A stretch of DNA of 45,604 nucleotides, taken from NCBI RefSeq assembly GCF_003334335.1, contig NZ_QOWQ01000036.1; one strand, 5' to 3'. The position numbers and the translations under genes are program-made. This stretch comes from Escherichia coli. Lineage in GTDB: Bacteria > Pseudomonadota > Gammaproteobacteria > Enterobacterales > Enterobacteriaceae. Position 1 is the first letter of the stretch. Each line of letters begins with the position of its first letter. The notes beneath the pieces were generated by a model. That model ran no database searches and was not told where the DNA came from. It saw nothing but the letters and a program-made list of their open reading frames with translations. This document shows positions 10,530-22,735 of the stretch, one piece after another.

Positions 10530-13163
10530 TCAGGCAAGCCGGTAACTGAACGTCCGTGACTGGCCGGGTAAAAAAGGCCCCGATAGATTTGAACCTTGAT
10601 TTTCCTCGGTGGTAATGTGTTCATCCATCATCGTTTCTGAGCAAGAAATCACCTCGCGACTGAAAGCAACAGTCGCATCACAGGTTGCTGATTCAGCCGG
10701 ATTAAACAGCCGTAAAATCACTTCTTGTCGGTCTTCAGCTTTCTTAAGTGCGCTTATCAGGCATCCCACTGGGGGCATTTTCAACAAACTATAACTTTCC
10801 GGCACGTTGAATCCGGCTTTGTTGAGCTTCATCACATCCCATGGGATTTTGTTGTAACACTGTACTGGAGTCAGCCATGCTCGCGCCTGCTGAGCTACAC
10901 CAGCGGCGGTTGGCGTACCGGTATAACTCAATAAACTTAGGCGACAAGAAAGCAGACCACGTAGTTGTGAGTCCGGGACTGGCATTTTAATTCCCGAAGG
11001 CCGCCCAGGCCTTAAAAGCAGATCTTCTTTGCCCAGTAAGCCCACGCCACGCAGCAACGTAATGGCAAAGGTTTTCTTCTCTTCACCGATGACTTCAAAT
11101 TCACGTAACCCTTCGCTAAAGACAGCCATGCCGTTACGCCCTTCCTGTAAGGCAACATAGTTGAGCATATTCCATACCGGAACCGGCGCTTCTTTCCAGC
11201 CTTCTTGCTGCCAGTTGTTCATTGCACTGTCGTTCACGGGGCGCGTTAGCGAACCAAACTGCGTATCTGCCAGAACACTGTCGGTGTTAAAAGGTGTAGG
11301 GACCAGGACACGAAGGCGATGATCGTCAGCCTGGTTATCAAGATTGATATCCACATCAATACGCCTGCTGTTATGACTAAGAGTGACAACCAACACCACC
11401 CCTACTCTGCCAGTGGATTGCCGGGCGCTGCGTTCTGACAAATTGAGCGGCACTGCCATGTCATAGCGGATAACAGCCCTGCTCTGCCAGGCTTCATGAA
11501 TAATATCGCATTGCGGTTTCGCGTTCGCTGCGGTAATTACCCACTCTTCTTTTGCGGGTGAATAGTCATATTCATCACCATCATCAGAGCTTTCTTCAAT
11601 TTGCAATACCCGGTCATAGCGCACACCGCTGTCTTTATCTACCAGTTGCAGAGAACCATCCTCATTGAGCGCAATTTGCCAGAAAGCATTTTCCAGTATC
11701 CCTTCAGCGTCACTTTTTGCCGCAATTACGTTGCCAGGCTGATTCGCTTCGATATAAAGCGTGCGATAGCCCATAGAAGGGACAATCTGGTTGATCTGTA
11801 TATCAAACTCCATAAAGGGATCGTAATTACCGTAATGAACTATTTGCCGATCGATTAGGCCTGGATCGATCTCACGGGCATGGCGAATAAAATACGGTAC
11901 AGGCTGACCGCGATCGTCCCGCAAATTAAACTGGCTGGCGCGCAGCCGCACAGTGGTGTTGATAACTTCTTCACGCGGCCAGGGCATCAGGTTAAACAGG
12001 ACGAGTTTGTCGGCGTCGCTCTGCGGCATGTTGTCGGCAATTTTGCGCATGTAGAAACGAATCAGATTATCCGCCATGTCTTCAGCCAGTTCGAAGCGGG
12101 CGACGATTTCGCGATGAACTTTGTCACTACAGCAGCAGCCGATACTGTCGTGGGCATGATTTTTTAAGATCTCTTTCCACATTTTCTCCAGCAAGCCGTG
12201 GTGGTATTCAAAACCCAACGTCCAGGCCAGTGTTGCCAGCGGTTCCAGCAGATTAACAATCTTATTTTCAATACGCGCGTGGGCAATTTTGATATCCATA
12301 CGCGTAGAACCGATGGTGCGATGCACGCGCATATATTTGCCATCAATAAATTCCCCTTTCAGGGTTGCCAGATTATCTCGCTGCGCTTCGATCTTCTCAA
12401 ATACCTCTTCAAAGCGGCTCATCACAAACTTACGTTGAGGGTAGATCTCACGTAGCTTATCCATCACTTCGAAGATATTTTGCTGCAATGGCATCTGGTC
12501 ATGCCCATTCGGCAGCAAAATCTCTTTGGTTACAGACGCTTTTTCCAGCACGTCAAAATAACTGTCGAGGCGTTTACGTAATCCGTTTTCGTCGGCAGGT
12601 AAGTACTTACCGATGGCGTAGCCCAGCGGCAGCACCTGCGCCGTCACTTCGCTACCGTCACTGCTTTGCCACAAAAACTCGGTTTTATCAGTACCGTGGC
12701 GCTCCGAACATCCGCGCCAGAACATGGTGCGGGTAATGCCAAATCCATTGTAGATATGCGGCAGTTGCCCGGACATGCCAAAGGAATCTGGTAAATAACC
12801 TATTTTCATCGGCTCGCCAAACGCGAGGCAGTCACGCATTCCGTACATCAGATTACGGACGATGGATTCCGCAGAAACAATCGTGGTATCGGTCTGGGTA
12901 TACCAGGGGCCGATAATCAACTTGCCGGCTTCTACCTGTTTCTTCACACGGTCTTTGTTTTCCGGTTTCACCGCGAAATAATCTTCGAGGATCGCCGTTT
13001 GCCCGTCGAGTACGTAATATTTGTATTCGTTGTCCTGTTCCAGTCGGCACAGGATCTCTTCCATATTATTGACCAGCAGAATACGTGACTCTTCGGTGGT
13101 GAAATACCACTCTCGATCCCAGTGCATATGCGGGGTGATGTGAACGCGAGATACTGCTTTCAT
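10530..13163 (-). CDS. mngB: Alpha-mannosidase / mannosylglycerate hydrolase (GH38)
   Basis: 877-aa ORF following mngA on the same strand. Confidence 0.92.
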
Positions 13164-13180
13164 CGTCGTTTCCTTTTTGT

Positions 13181-15157
13181 TTATGGCATTACGCCATCAG
13201 TCAGATAGTTGCCATGCTTAACCGCGTGACGCCGCCACATCAGGAGAATTGCAGTCGAGATTGCAGCCCCCACCAATGCCGCGCCAAACCAGCCAATTGC
13301 CGCCATAACACCGCCCGCGCCATTATCATGAAGTAAAAAGAGCGAGAAAATGCCGGCACCGGGTGTCGAAAGGCCGATATTCATCGCACCGACAATAGCG
13401 CCCGTTACCATAGAGCCCAGCACAAACGAACCAATAACCCGCAGCGGATCTTCAATCGCCATCGGGATCGCCCCTTCGGTAATACCTGCCAGCCCTAACA
13501 GCCAGGTGGATTTCCCGGTCTCAATTTCAAACTCTTTAAACAGGCGCGGTGCGAGCATCGTGGAAGCGGTTACGGTAAATGCCGAAACCATTTTGACGGA
13601 GGCGAAAATGGCATACGGGCCGTAAACGCCGTTCGCCATTGCGCCCAGGCAGAATGCATAAGCGGCTTTATTCACTGGCCCTCCAAGGTCAAAGGAACAC
13701 ATAAAACCGAGAATGGCACCCAGCAACAGCGCGTTACTTCCTGACAGACCGTTCAGCCAGGCGGTAAGCGAGTTATTGATCCAGGCGACAGGTTCCCCCA
13801 CCACAAACAGCATCAGACTGCCCGCTCCCAACGTACCGAGCACCGGGTAGAGATAAAAAGTCAGGAATCCATTGAATTTACTGCTAAGACGCAAGTGATT
13901 TTTCACCCAGCGCATCAAGTAACCGGCTATCAATCCGCCAACGACCGCGCCGAGAAACCCGGAGCCGATCATGTTGGCGGCAAGTCCAGCCGCAAAGCCT
14001 GGCGCTAACGCCGGTTTATCTGCCAGAGAATAGGCGGTATAGGCCGCGAGCACCGGTACCATCAAAATTCCGAGCAGCCCGCCGCCCAGCTTGCGGTACA
14101 TCCACAGCCAGGAGTTTTCTTCATTAAACAGATCTTGTAGCCCGAAGATTTGCGACAGTAATACCGCGACCGCCAGCACCGTGCCCCCCGCGACAATCAA
14201 CGGTACGGCAAAAGAGATTCCGCTCAACAGTGCCTGTTTCAGCTCCGTTTTGACACTTTTCACCGGTTGCGTATCTTGCTGTACGGTACGCGTCTCATCG
14301 CTACGCTTGAGGGTAAGCGCTTGTTGGATCAACGCTTCTGCATGGCGAATCGGCTCGGCAACAGGCACTGAAAGCGCGGGAATGCCATTAAAACGCTCAC
14401 TCTCCTTGATGGCGACTTCAGCCGCAAAAATACAGGCGGTTGCACTATTGAGTTGATCCGCCGTTAAACGCCCTTCAATGCCGTTAGCGCCTTGTTTTTC
14501 AACGTAAACATTTACGCCGAGTTTGCGTCCGGCTTTTTCCAGATATTCCGCAGCCATATAGGTGTGAGCAATACCCGCCGGACAGGCCGTTACGCAGACG
14601 ATAGTTGGCGCGTTGGAAAAAGAGGCAGAAGGTTGCGTGCCTCCCTTGTCATCCAGCGCCGAGAGCAACTCATCAGGCGTCGTCGCCGACTGTATACGCG
14701 CCCGAATCTCATCATCCGCAAGGCGCGTGGTCAGCGCTGTCAGCAGTTGCATATGCGTAGTACCCGCTTCATTGGGGGGAATCGCCAGCAGCACCACTAA
14801 ATCAACTGCTTCCGGGCCATCAACGCCTTCCCACTGAAGCGGCTCGCTGAGTGTGGCGACCGCAAACGCCGCTTCTTTTACCGCAGCAGTTTTGCCATGC
14901 GGCACAGCCAACCCTTCACCTAAGGCGGTCGGGCCAAGGCTTTCACGGCGATACACTTCTTCCAGAAATTGCTCAGTACTGGAAATTTTCCCCAGAGCAG
15001 CAAGACGTTGAGTCAACGCGTGGATGGCCTCTTCACGGCTGGTAAAGCGCGCATTCAGACACAACGCATCGCGGTGGGTCAGAGTCGTCAGATTCATCAT
15101 GATCCTCACTTGATCGTTTTTATAGTCGCGCCAGTGTGCCCGATAAAACAATACCAT
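13181..15157 (-). CDS. mngA: PTS 2-O-alpha-mannosyl-D-glycerate-specific EIIABC component
   Basis: 658 aa; N-terminal EIIA-like domain, EIIB, then polytopic EIIC domain. Confidence 0.92.
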
Positions 15158-15265
15158 TATGTGATCAATTTCACTTGATTAAAATTATTTGTATTGTATT
15201 TGTATTATTTACAGGATGAATTTATCGGGCATAATGGTTAAATTCGTATTAATGAGATACTAAAA
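15158..15265. promoter_or_regulatory. mngR / mngAB divergent promoter-operator region
   Basis: 108-bp AT-rich intergenic region with direct repeats GTATT-GTATT-TGTATT (15191-15206). Confidence 0.5.
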
Positions 15266-15988
15266 ATGGGACACAAGCCCTTATACCGGCAGATTGCCGA
15301 TCGCATTCGTGAACAAATTGCGCGTGGCGAGCTTAAACCTGGCGATGCGTTACCCACTGAATCAGCGCTACAAACAGAGTTTGGCGTCAGCCGGGTTACG
15401 GTGCGTCAGGCTTTGCGCCAGCTAGTCGAGCAGCAGATCCTCGAAAGCATTCAGGGCAGCGGGACTTACGTCAAAGAAGAGCGGGTCAATTACGATATTT
15501 TTCAGTTAACCAGTTTTGATGAAAAACTGTCGGACCGTCACGTCGATACACACAGTGAAGTTCTGATATTCGAAGTGATTCCGGCTGACGATTTTCTTCA
15601 GCAACAGCTACAAATCACCCCGCAGGATCGTGTGTGGCATGTGAAGCGCGTGCGCTATCGCAAGCAAAAGCCAATGGCGCTGGAAGAAACCTGGATGCCG
15701 CTTGCGTTGTTCCCGGATCTCACCTGGCAGGTCATGGAAAATTCGAAATATCACTTTATCGAAGAAGTGAAGAAAATGGTTATCGATCGTAGCGAACAGG
15801 AAATCATTCCTCTGATGCCAACCGAAGAGATGAGCCGTCTGCTTAATATCAGCCAGACAAAGCCGATTCTTGAAAAAGTATCGCGTGGATATTTAGTTGA
15901 TGGTCGGGTGTTTGAATATAGCCGCAACGCTTTTAATACCGATGACTATAAATTTACCCTGATAGCGCAGCGAAAATCATCGCGATAA
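15266..15988 (+). CDS. mngR: GntR/HutC-family transcriptional regulator MngR (FarR)
   Basis: 240 aa; N-terminal GntR-type wHTH (VSRVTVRQAL), UTRA-type C-domain. Confidence 0.92.
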   Translation: MGHKPLYRQIADRIREQIARGELKPGDALPTESALQTEFGVSRVTVRQALRQLVEQQILESIQGSGTYVKEERVNYDIFQLTSFDEKLSDRHVDTHSEVLIFEVIPADDFLQQQLQITPQDRVWHVKRVRYRKQKPMALEETWMPLALFPDLTWQVMENSKYHFIEEVKKMVIDRSEQEIIPLMPTEEMSRLLNISQTKPILEKVSRGYLVDGRVFEYSRNAFNTDDYKFTLIAQRKSSR

Positions 15989-15990
15989 GC

Positions 15991-16016
15991 ACAAAAAAGG
16001 CCATCATACGATGGCC
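15991..16016 (-). terminator. Intrinsic terminator ending the sucABCD transcript (shared palindrome downstream of mngR)
   Basis: Stem ggccatc/gatggcc (15999-16016), loop atac, followed on the minus strand by a U6 tract (plus-strand aaaaaa 15993-15998). Confidence 0.8.
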
Positions 16017-16091
16017 AACCATGTCGAAACCGACAGCCCTTCGCCATTCCTGTAGAGGGAAGCGGCGAGGGCTATTTCTTATTACAGATAT
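15993..16091 (-). ncRNA. sdhX: sucD 3'UTR-derived sRNA (SdhX/RybD-type)
   Basis: ~100-nt 3'UTR between sucD stop and a strong terminator; a 3'UTR sRNA is known at this position in enterobacteria. Exact 5' end not determinable from sequence. Confidence 0.55.
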
Positions 16092-16961
16092 TTATTTCAG
16101 AACAGTTTTCAGTGCTTCACCGATATCCGCCAGGCTGCGAACGGTTTTCACGCCTGCGGCTTCCAGAGCAGCGAATTTCTCATCCGCAGTCCCTTTCCCA
16201 CCGGCAATGATGGCACCCGCGTGGCCCATACGTTTGCCTTTCGGCGCAGTCACACCAGCGATGTAACCCACAACTGGCTTGGTAACGTGCTCTTTGATGT
16301 ACGCAGCTGCTTCTTCTTCAGCGCTACCGCCGATCTCACCGATCATCACGATCGCTTCGGTCTGCGGATCTTTTTCGAACATTTCGAGAATGTCGATAAA
16401 GTTAGAGCCCGGGATCGGGTCACCGCCGATACCGACACAGGTCGACTGACCGAAACCGTAATCCGTGGTCTGTTTAACCGCTTCATAGGTCAGTGTACCG
16501 GAACGGGAAACGATACCCACTTTACCCGGTTTGTGAATGTGACCAGGCTGGATACCGATTTTGCATTCACCCGGAGTGATAACGCCTGGGCAGTTCGGGC
16601 CGATCATACGAACGCCTGCTTCATCCAGCTTCACTTTCACGGTCAGCATATCCAGCGTCGGGATGCCTTCAGTGATGGTGATAATCAGTTTGATGCCTGC
16701 GTCGATGGCTTCCAGAATGGAGTCTTTGCAGAACGGTGCTGGTACGTAGATAACAGAAGCGGTAGCGCCAGTGGCAGCAACGGCTTCACGCACGGTGTTG
16801 AACACCGGCAGGCCGAGGTGGGTGGTGCCGCCTTTACCTGGGGTTACGCCGCCAACCATTTTAGTGCCGTATGCAATGGCCTGTTCTGAGTGGAAAGTCC
16901 CCTGGCTACCGGTAAAGCCCTGGCAGATAACCTTGGTGTTTTTATCGATTAAAATGGACAT
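16092..16961 (-). CDS. sucD: Succinyl-CoA synthetase alpha subunit
   Basis: 289 aa; CoA-binding and catalytic-His region recognisable. Confidence 0.96.
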
Positions 16962-18127
16962 TATTTCCCCTCCACTGCGGCAACAACCTGCTGAGCTGCA
17001 TCCGTCAGACCTTTTGCTGCAATAATATTCAGGCCGCTGTCAGCCAGTTTCTTCGCGCCGAGTTCGGCGTTGTTACCTTCCAGACGTACCACGACCGGTA
17101 CGTTAACACCCACTTCTGCTACCGCGCCGATGATACCGTCAGCGATCAGGTCGCAACGAACGATACCGCCGAAGATGTTAACCAGAACGGCTTTCACTTT
17201 GTCGTCAGAGAGGATGATTTTGAACGCTTCGGTTACACGTTCTTTGGTTGCGCCGCCGCCAACGTCAAGGAAGTTAGCCGGTTCGCCGCCGTGCAGTTTA
17301 ACGATGTCCATCGTACCCATCGCCAGACCTGCGCCGTTAACCATACAACCGATGTTACCGTCCAGCGCAACGTAGTTCAGTTCCCACTGTGCAGCCTGTG
17401 CTTCACGCGGATCTTCCTGCGACTGGTCACGCATTTCGCGCAGATCAGGCTGGCGGAACAGTGCGTTGCCGTCAGCGCCCAGTTTGCCGTCGAGGCAAAT
17501 CAGATCGCCCTGTTTGGTGATGACCAGCGGGTTGATTTCGATCAACGCCAGGTCGCGCTCCAGGAAAATGGTCGCCAGGCCCATGAAGATTTTGGTGAAC
17601 TGCTGAACCAGTTTACCTTCCAGACCCAGTTTGAACGCCAGCTCGCGTCCCTGATACGGCATCGGGCCAGTCAGCGGATCAAGCGCAACTTTATGGATCA
17701 GGTGCGGAGTTTCTTCCGCCACTTTTTCGATTTCCACGCCGCCTTCGGTGGAGGCCATAAAGACCACACGACGGGAACTACGGTCAACAACGGCACCGAG
17801 ATACAGCTCTTTAGCGATATCGGTCGCTGCTTCAACCAGAATCTGGTTAACCGGTTGGCCATTGGCATCTGTTTGATACGTTACCAGACGCTTGCCCAGC
17901 CAGTTTTCTGCAAAAGCACGGATGTCTTCTTTGCTGTTTACAACTTTCACACCGCCCGCTTTACCGCGGCCACCAGCGTGAACCTGACATTTCACTACCC
18001 ACGGACCGGCACCGATTTTTGAAGCGGCTTCTTCTGCTTCGCGCGGAGTAGTACAGGCATAACCCACCGGTGCTGGTAAGCCATAGCGGGCAAAAAGTTG
18101 TTTTGCCTGATATTCATGTAAGTTCAT
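16961..18127 (-). CDS. sucC: Succinyl-CoA synthetase beta subunit
   Basis: 388 aa, ATP-grasp family; stop overlaps sucD start by 1 nt. Confidence 0.96.
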
Positions 18128-18210
18128 GTGTTCTGTCCATCCTTCAGTAATCGTTATCTTTTAAACCGTAGACCGAATATTTCGTATCGCTTCCGGGCAT
18201 TGTCGGTCAC

Positions 18211-18380
18211 CCGTAGGCCTGATAAGACACGTTAACCGTCACATCAGGCATCGCTTGTCGGATGCGGCGCTAGCGCCTTATCCGACCTACATTGGTGGTC
18301 CCGTAGGCCTGATAAGACGCGTCAGCGTCGCATCAGGCTTCAATTGCCGGAGAAGGCGATAATGCCTTATCCGGTCTACA
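18211..18380. repeat. REP/BIME cluster in the sucB-sucC intergenic region
   Basis: Several inverted copies of the gcctgatgcgacgc / gccttatccggcctac REP motif. Confidence 0.8.
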
Positions 18381-18401
18381 GTGCAGGTGAAACTTAAACT
18401 A

Positions 18402-19619
18402 CTACACGTCCAGCAGCAGACGCGTCGGATCTTCCAGCAACTCTTTGATCGTTACCAGGAAGCCCACGGATTCGCGACCATCGATCAGACGGTGATCGTA
18501 GGACAGCGCCAGGTACATCATCGGCAGGATCTCAACCTGACCATTCACCGCCATCGGACGATCTTTGATAGCGTGCATACCCAGAATTGCGCTCTGCGGC
18601 GGGTTGATGATCGGCGTAGACATCAGGGAACCGAACACACCACCGTTGGTGATGGTGAAGTTACCACCGGTCAGATCTTCAACGGTCAGCTTGCCGTCAC
18701 GGCCTTTGACTGCCAGCTCTTTGATTTTCTTCTCGATGTCTGCCATGCCGAGGGTATCGACATCACGCAGAACCGGCGTCACCAGGCCGCGCGGCGTAGA
18801 AACCGCCATGCTGACGTCGAAATAGTTGTGGTAAACCACGTCATCGCCGTCGATAGAAGCGTTCACTTCCGGGTAACGTTTCAGGGCTTCAACCACCGCT
18901 TTCACGTAGAAGGACATAAAGCCCAGACGGATGCCGTGGCGTTTTTCAAACGCTTCACCGTACTGCTTACGCAGATCCATAATCGGCTTCATGTTGACTT
19001 CGTTGAACGTGGTCAGCATGGCGGTGGAGTTTTTCGCTTCCAGCAGACGCTCTGCCACACGCTTACGCAGGCGAGTCATCGGGACACGTTTTTCACTACG
19101 TGCAGCCAGAGCCGGTTGCGCCGCCGGAGCAGCCGCTGCCGGAGCAGACTCTTTCGCCGGGGCTTTCGCCAGATGTTTTTCCACATCTTCACGAGTCAGA
19201 CGACCACCCACACCGGTGCCTTTAATGGCGCTGGCGTCGAGATTGTGTTCAGCCAGCAGGCGACGGATCGCCGGGCTTAACGCATCGTTGTTTTGCTCTT
19301 CCAGAGACGCCTGCTGGCGTTGCGCCGGAGTGGACGCTTTCTCTTCAGATTTGGCGCTGGTTTCTTTACCGGCGCTGTTGCCTTCACGCAGGCGACCAAG
19401 GATCTGACGAGACGTTACCGTTGTACCTTCATCTTCCAGAACCGCATCCAGAATGCCGTCTGCTGATGCCGGTACTTCCAGTACCACTTTGTCAGTTTCG
19501 ATTTCTACCAGCACTTCATCACGTACGACTGCGTCGCCGGGTTTTTTATGCCAGGTTGCGACGGTGGCATCGGCTACGGATTCAGGCAGGTCAGGGACCA
19601 GAATATCTACGCTACTCAT
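18402..19619 (-). CDS. sucB: Dihydrolipoyllysine succinyltransferase (2-oxoglutarate dehydrogenase E2)
   Basis: 405 aa; lipoyl domain, Ala/Pro-rich linker, catalytic domain. Confidence 0.96.
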
Positions 19620-19633
19620 TGTGTATCCTTTAT

Positions 19634-22435
19634 TTATTCGACGTTCAGCGCGTCATTAACCAGATCTTGTTGCTGTTTCTGGTGAACGGACATATACCCT
19701 ACCGCCGGAGAGGCGGAGGCCGGGCGGCCTGCATAACGCAGAGAAGCCCCAAACGGAATCACTTCACGGAAATGATGCTGGCTGCAGTACCATGCGCCCT
19801 GGTTGAGCGGCTCTTCCTGGCACCAGACAAAATCCTTGACGTGAGCAAACTGCTGCAACACTTCCTGCATCGCTTTATGCGGGAACGGGTAGAGTTGCTC
19901 GATACGCACAATGGCGACATCGTGTTGATTGTTCTTACGACGCTGTTCCAGCAGGTCGTAATAAACCTTACCAGAACACATCACTACGCGCTTCACGCCC
20001 TTCGGATCAAGCTCGTCGATTTCACCGATGGCTGGCAGGAAGGTGCCGTTCGCCAGTTCTTCGAGGCTGGAAACCGCCAGCGGATGACGCAGCAGGGATT
20101 TCGGCGACATCACGACCAGCGGACGACGCATCCCGCGCAGCGCCTGACGACGCAGCATGTGGTAAACCTGTGCCGGGGTAGACGGTACGCAAACCTGCAT
20201 GTTTTGCTCAGCACAAAGTTGCAGATAACGTTCCAGACGCGCGGAGGAGTGCTCCGGCCCCTGCCCTTCGTAACCGTGCGGCAGCAACATCACCAGACCA
20301 CACATCCGGCCCCATTTCTGTTCGCCAGAGGAGATGAACTGGTCGATAACCACCTGCGCACCGTTGGCGAAGTCACCGAACTGCGCTTCCCAGATGGTCA
20401 GAGTGCGTGGTTCTGCGGTGGCATAACCATATTCAAACGCCAGCACTGCTTCTTCAGACAGTACGGAGTCCCAGACACGGAACGCGCCCTGCCCGTTATG
20501 GATATGTTGCAGCGGCGTGTAAGTGGAACCGTTAGACTGGTTGTGGATCACCGCGTGGCGGTGGAAGAAGGTACCGCGACCGGAGTCTTCACCCGACAGG
20601 CGAACCGGAATGCCTTCATCAACCAGCGTGGCGTAAGCGAGGTTTTCCGCACCGCCCCAGTCGAACAGTTTCTCACCGGCAGCCATCGCCTGGCGATCGC
20701 CATAAATCTTGGCAACGCGAGACTGCATTTCAACTGCTTCCGGCACCGTGCTGATGCGTTTCGCCAGCTCCTGCAGGCGCTTCATCTCAACTTTGTTCGG
20801 GTACTCTTCGTCCCATTCGTGGTTGAGGTACGGCGACCAGGTGAAAGAGTGCATGTTCATCGGACGCCACTCTGCCACTACGCAATCGCCAGCATCCAGC
20901 GCATCGCGGTACAGGTTAACCATCTCGGTGGCATCTTCCAGCGTCGCCACTTTTTCCTGCTCCAGCTTGTCAGCGTAGATTTTGCGCGGTGTCGGATGTT
21001 TTTTGATTTTCTGATACATCAGCGGCTGGGTTGCGCTCGGCTCGTCGGCTTCGTTGTGGCCGTGACGGCGGTAGCACACCAGGTCGATGAAGACATCACG
21101 TTTAAAGGTGTTACGGAAATCGAGCGCCAGACGGGTCACAAAGGCAACGGCTTCCGGATCGTCCGCGTTAACGTGGAAAATCGGGGCCTGAACCATCTTA
21201 CCGATATCAGTACAGTACGGCGTAGAACGGGCATCCAGCGGATTAGAGGTGGTGAAACCAACCTGGTTGTTGATAACGATACGTACCGTACCGCCAACTT
21301 CATAACCACGCGCTTTCGACATGTTCAGGGTTTCCTGAACCACGCCCTGCCCGGTCACTGCGGCGTCACCGTGGATGGTGATTGGCAGCACTTTGTTGCT
21401 GCTCGGCTCATCAAGTCTGTCCAGACGGGCACGAACAGAACCGATAACTACCGGGCTTACAATCTCAAGGTGAGACGGGTTAAACGCCAGCGCCAGGTGC
21501 ACCAGGCCGCCATCGGTCTGGAAGTCAGACGAGAAGCCCATGTGGTATTTCACGTCACCCGTGCCGAGGTGTTCTTTATGTTTACCGGCGAACTCGTCGA
21601 ACAAGTCTTGCGGTTTTTTACCCAGCACGTTCACCAGCACGTTCAGACGACCACGGTGCGCCATCCCGAGAACCACTTCGCGGGTGCCGCTGTTGCCAGC
21701 GTGGCGGATCATCTCTTTAAGCATCGGGATTAACGCGTCACCGCCTTCCAGCGAGAAGCGTTTTGCGCCAGGGAATTTTGCGCCGAGGTAACGTTCAAGA
21801 CCTTCAGCGGCGGTCAGTTCGCTTAAGAAGCGTTTTTTCTCTTCGCTATTGAAAGTCGCGCGACCAGACTCGATACGCTGTTGGATCCAGCGTTTTTCTT
21901 CGGTGCTGGTAATGTGCATATACTCGGCACCAATCGGGCCGCAGTAGGTTTGCTTGAGGGCTTCCAGCAGCTCGCCGAGTTTCATGGTTTCTTTGCCGCT
22001 GGCAAATGAACCGACGTTGAAGGTCTCCTGGAAGTCTGCTTCGGTCAGATCGTGGAAAGACGGATCCAGATCGGCCACTTTATCTTGCTGCCACAGTCCC
22101 AGCGGATCGAGATTCGCATGCTGGTGACCACGGAAGCGGTATGCGTTAATGAGCTGCAGGACTTTAACCTGCTTCACATTGGTGTCAGGGTCGGAGATCG
22201 TTGAAGAGTAACGTGAAGCGTCTTTCGCCAGGCGGCGGAAATATTCACGCGTTTGAGAGTGGAATTGATCCGGTTTGACTCCCGTACCAGGTAACTGCTG
22301 GAACGTCGAACGCCAGTTAGCGTCAACCGAGTCAGGATCGGTTAAGAAGTCTTCATAGAGCTGTTCTATCCAGCTCTGGTTTGCGCCAGAGAGGTAAGAA
22401 GAGTCCAACCAGGCTTTCAAAGCGCTGTTCTGCAT
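19634..22435 (-). CDS. sucA: 2-oxoglutarate dehydrogenase E1 component
   Basis: 933-aa ThDP-dependent E1. Confidence 0.96.
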   Translation of the reverse strand: MQNSALKAWLDSSYLSGANQSWIEQLYEDFLTDPDSVDANWRSTFQQLPGTGVKPDQFHSQTREYFRRLAKDASRYSSTISDPDTNVKQVKVLQLINAYRFRGHQHANLDPLGLWQQDKVADLDPSFHDLTEADFQETFNVGSFASGKETMKLGELLEALKQTYCGPIGAEYMHITSTEEKRWIQQRIESGRATFNSEEKKRFLSELTAAEGLERYLGAKFPGAKRFSLEGGDALIPMLKEMIRHAGNSGTREVVLGMAHRGRLNVLVNVLGKKPQDLFDEFAGKHKEHLGTGDVKYHMGFSSDFQTDGGLVHLALAFNPSHLEIVSPVVIGSVRARLDRLDEPSSNKVLPITIHGDAAVTGQGVVQETLNMSKARGYEVGGTVRIVINNQVGFTTSNPLDARSTPYCTDIGKMVQAPIFHVNADDPEAVAFVTRLALDFRNTFKRDVFIDLVCYRRHGHNEADEPSATQPLMYQKIKKHPTPRKIYADKLEQEKVATLEDATEMVNLYRDALDAGDCVVAEWRPMNMHSFTWSPYLNHEWDEEYPNKVEMKRLQELAKRISTVPEAVEMQSRVAKIYGDRQAMAAGEKLFDWGGAENLAYATLVDEGIPVRLSGEDSGRGTFFHRHAVIHNQSNGSTYTPLQHIHNGQGAFRVWDSVLSEEAVLAFEYGYATAEPRTLTIWEAQFGDFANGAQVVIDQFISSGEQKWGRMCGLVMLLPHGYEGQGPEHSSARLERYLQLCAEQNMQVCVPSTPAQVYHMLRRQALRGMRRPLVVMSPKSLLRHPLAVSSLEELANGTFLPAIGEIDELDPKGVKRVVMCSGKVYYDLLEQRRKNNQHDVAIVRIEQLYPFPHKAMQEVLQQFAHVKDFVWCQEEPLNQGAWYCSQHHFREVIPFGASLRYAGRPASASPAVGYMSVHQKQQQDLVNDALNVE

Positions 22436-22613
22436 CGTGATCCCTTAAGCATCTTTTTTATGCTTACTTCGCCGTGGATACTACCACGCACAGTGATGTG
22501 CGTGCCGGGGTTCACTTGCGAGCTCTTGTCTACGTAGTGGCTCGCGAAGGAACCTTTAAAAACTGTCTTAGTGTCAGGGGCAGTTTTTAAAGATTTCCTG
22601 CATTTCTTTGTTA

Positions 22614-22733
22614 CGCCTGATGCGCTGCGCTTATCAGGCCTACGGGTAATGACTTGTAGGCCGGATAAGGCGTTCACGCCGCATCCGGCACTGGTTGCCT
22701 GATGCGACGCTTGCGCGTCTTATCAGGCCTACG
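22614..22733. repeat. REP cluster between sdhB and sucA
   Basis: Three REP-consensus copies in alternating orientation ending 2 nt before the sdhB stop. Confidence 0.8.
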
Positions 22734-22735
22734 GT

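Noticed and set aside
16021-16266. 81-aa plus-strand ORF overlapping the sucD 3' end
   Set aside because: Starts inside the terminator palindrome and runs antisense to sucD; the region is better explained as the sucD 3'UTR and terminator.
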